Assembly (NCBI GenBank): GCA_030390025.1
Contig: CM059432.1
Location: 138,944,001 to 139,008,000, forward strand
Origin: Squalus acanthias
Lineage: Eukaryota
Length of the DNA: 64,000 nucleotides
Reading direction: 5' to 3'
Shown: piece by piece, positions 63,286-64,000 of the stretch
Layout: the number at the start of each line of letters is the position of its first letter
How positions within the stretch are numbered: position 1 is the stretch's first letter
Made by a program: the position numbers and the translations under genes
The notes under the pieces: generated by a model
What the model saw: only the letters and a program-made list of their open reading frames with translations
Told to the model about the DNA's origin: nothing
Databases searched by the model: none

Positions 63286-63645
63286 TGCACGGATCTGATT
63301 GAAGCATGGATAACACTCTCCTGTAATGTGAACTAAACATGTGCGAATGTAAAAGCACCAAAAGAGGAAATCAAATGGTGCATTGAAATAGACCAACAGG
63401 GGCAACTGACAAGAAAGTCCCTTCTGTTTAAAATCATGAGGCCACAATGTAGCTGAAACAAAACTTACTGATAAGCAAAACATCTAGTAATGCACACATA
63501 AATGAACTTAAAATGCTCCTATGTTTAAGTGTCTGTGAGTTATTCAGCCAAGACTGGGCAAAACATTGACAATTCTTCAGGTTTGATATGCAAAAATATA
63601 ACTTGAATACTCCTCACAATTTCAGAACTTTTAAAACTAGACATA

Positions 63646-64000
63646 TGGGCCGAAAATTGATCCCGGGACGCGAGAGTACGCACTGCGTACTCTCGCGTAT
63701 TCCCTCTGCAATTGCCGGTTTTCTGCATGCCCTGCGCATGCGCTGAAAACCGGCAATTGCTCTTCTGAAAAGGGGGCGGGTCCTGGGTGCATCGCGTGCG
63801 CGCTACAGGCTGCGCGCACGCTGTGCACTTCATGCTTTGGACGCGCAGGTAAGTAGGGAAGATTTTGGAAATGTAAAAAGGAGGAGTAAGACCCGCTTTT
63901 AAGAAGGTAAGTAGTGAATTAAGTATTTTTTTGAATTTTTTTTTTACAGGTGTATCTTTTTTAGAGACTTTAAAGACAGGTAAGTTTATTTTTATAACTT
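63646..64000. mobile_element. Second, inverted copy of the 15873-16617 element, cut off by the window end
   Basis: Reverse complement of about 16262-16617; terminus tgggccgaaaatt. Confidence 0.88.

Noticed and set aside
62669..63483. Hydrophobic or charged ORFs
   Set aside because: They are translations of low-complexity GA/CA sequence.
1..64000. Neighbouring ZNF407 exons or other host genes
   Set aside because: I looked for the flanking zinc-finger peptides and did not see them. Small exons could be missed without spliced alignment.

Overview
Vertebrate nuclear DNA, most likely from a shark or other cartilaginous fish (inferred from the repeat landscape of CR1/L2 LINEs, SacSINE1/DeuSINE-like SINEs and Penelope remnants). 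The window appears to lie inside two very long introns of ZNF407 on the minus strand. I can identify only one host exon: a 75-bp, phase 2-2 exon at 27844-27918 encoding (G)WAFVMKKHLSTHLLGKHGIGTPKE(R), which the ORF track misses. The rest is mostly transposon-derived. It includes one near full-length but inactivated CR1 with a 54-bp monomer array in its 5' region, many CR1 and L2 3' fragments, and a second LINE family whose 5' end looks tRNA-derived. There are also tRNA-headed SINEs, Penelope remnants carrying minimal hammerhead ribozyme motifs, and hAT, Tigger and Harbinger-like MITEs. Several TE-free stretches carry Pbx-Hox/Meis motifs and are candidate enhancers. I see no prokaryotic system, CRISPR array or intact autonomous element. 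Family names come from motif recognition, not database searches, and TE boundaries are approximate unless TIRs or TSDs are quoted.
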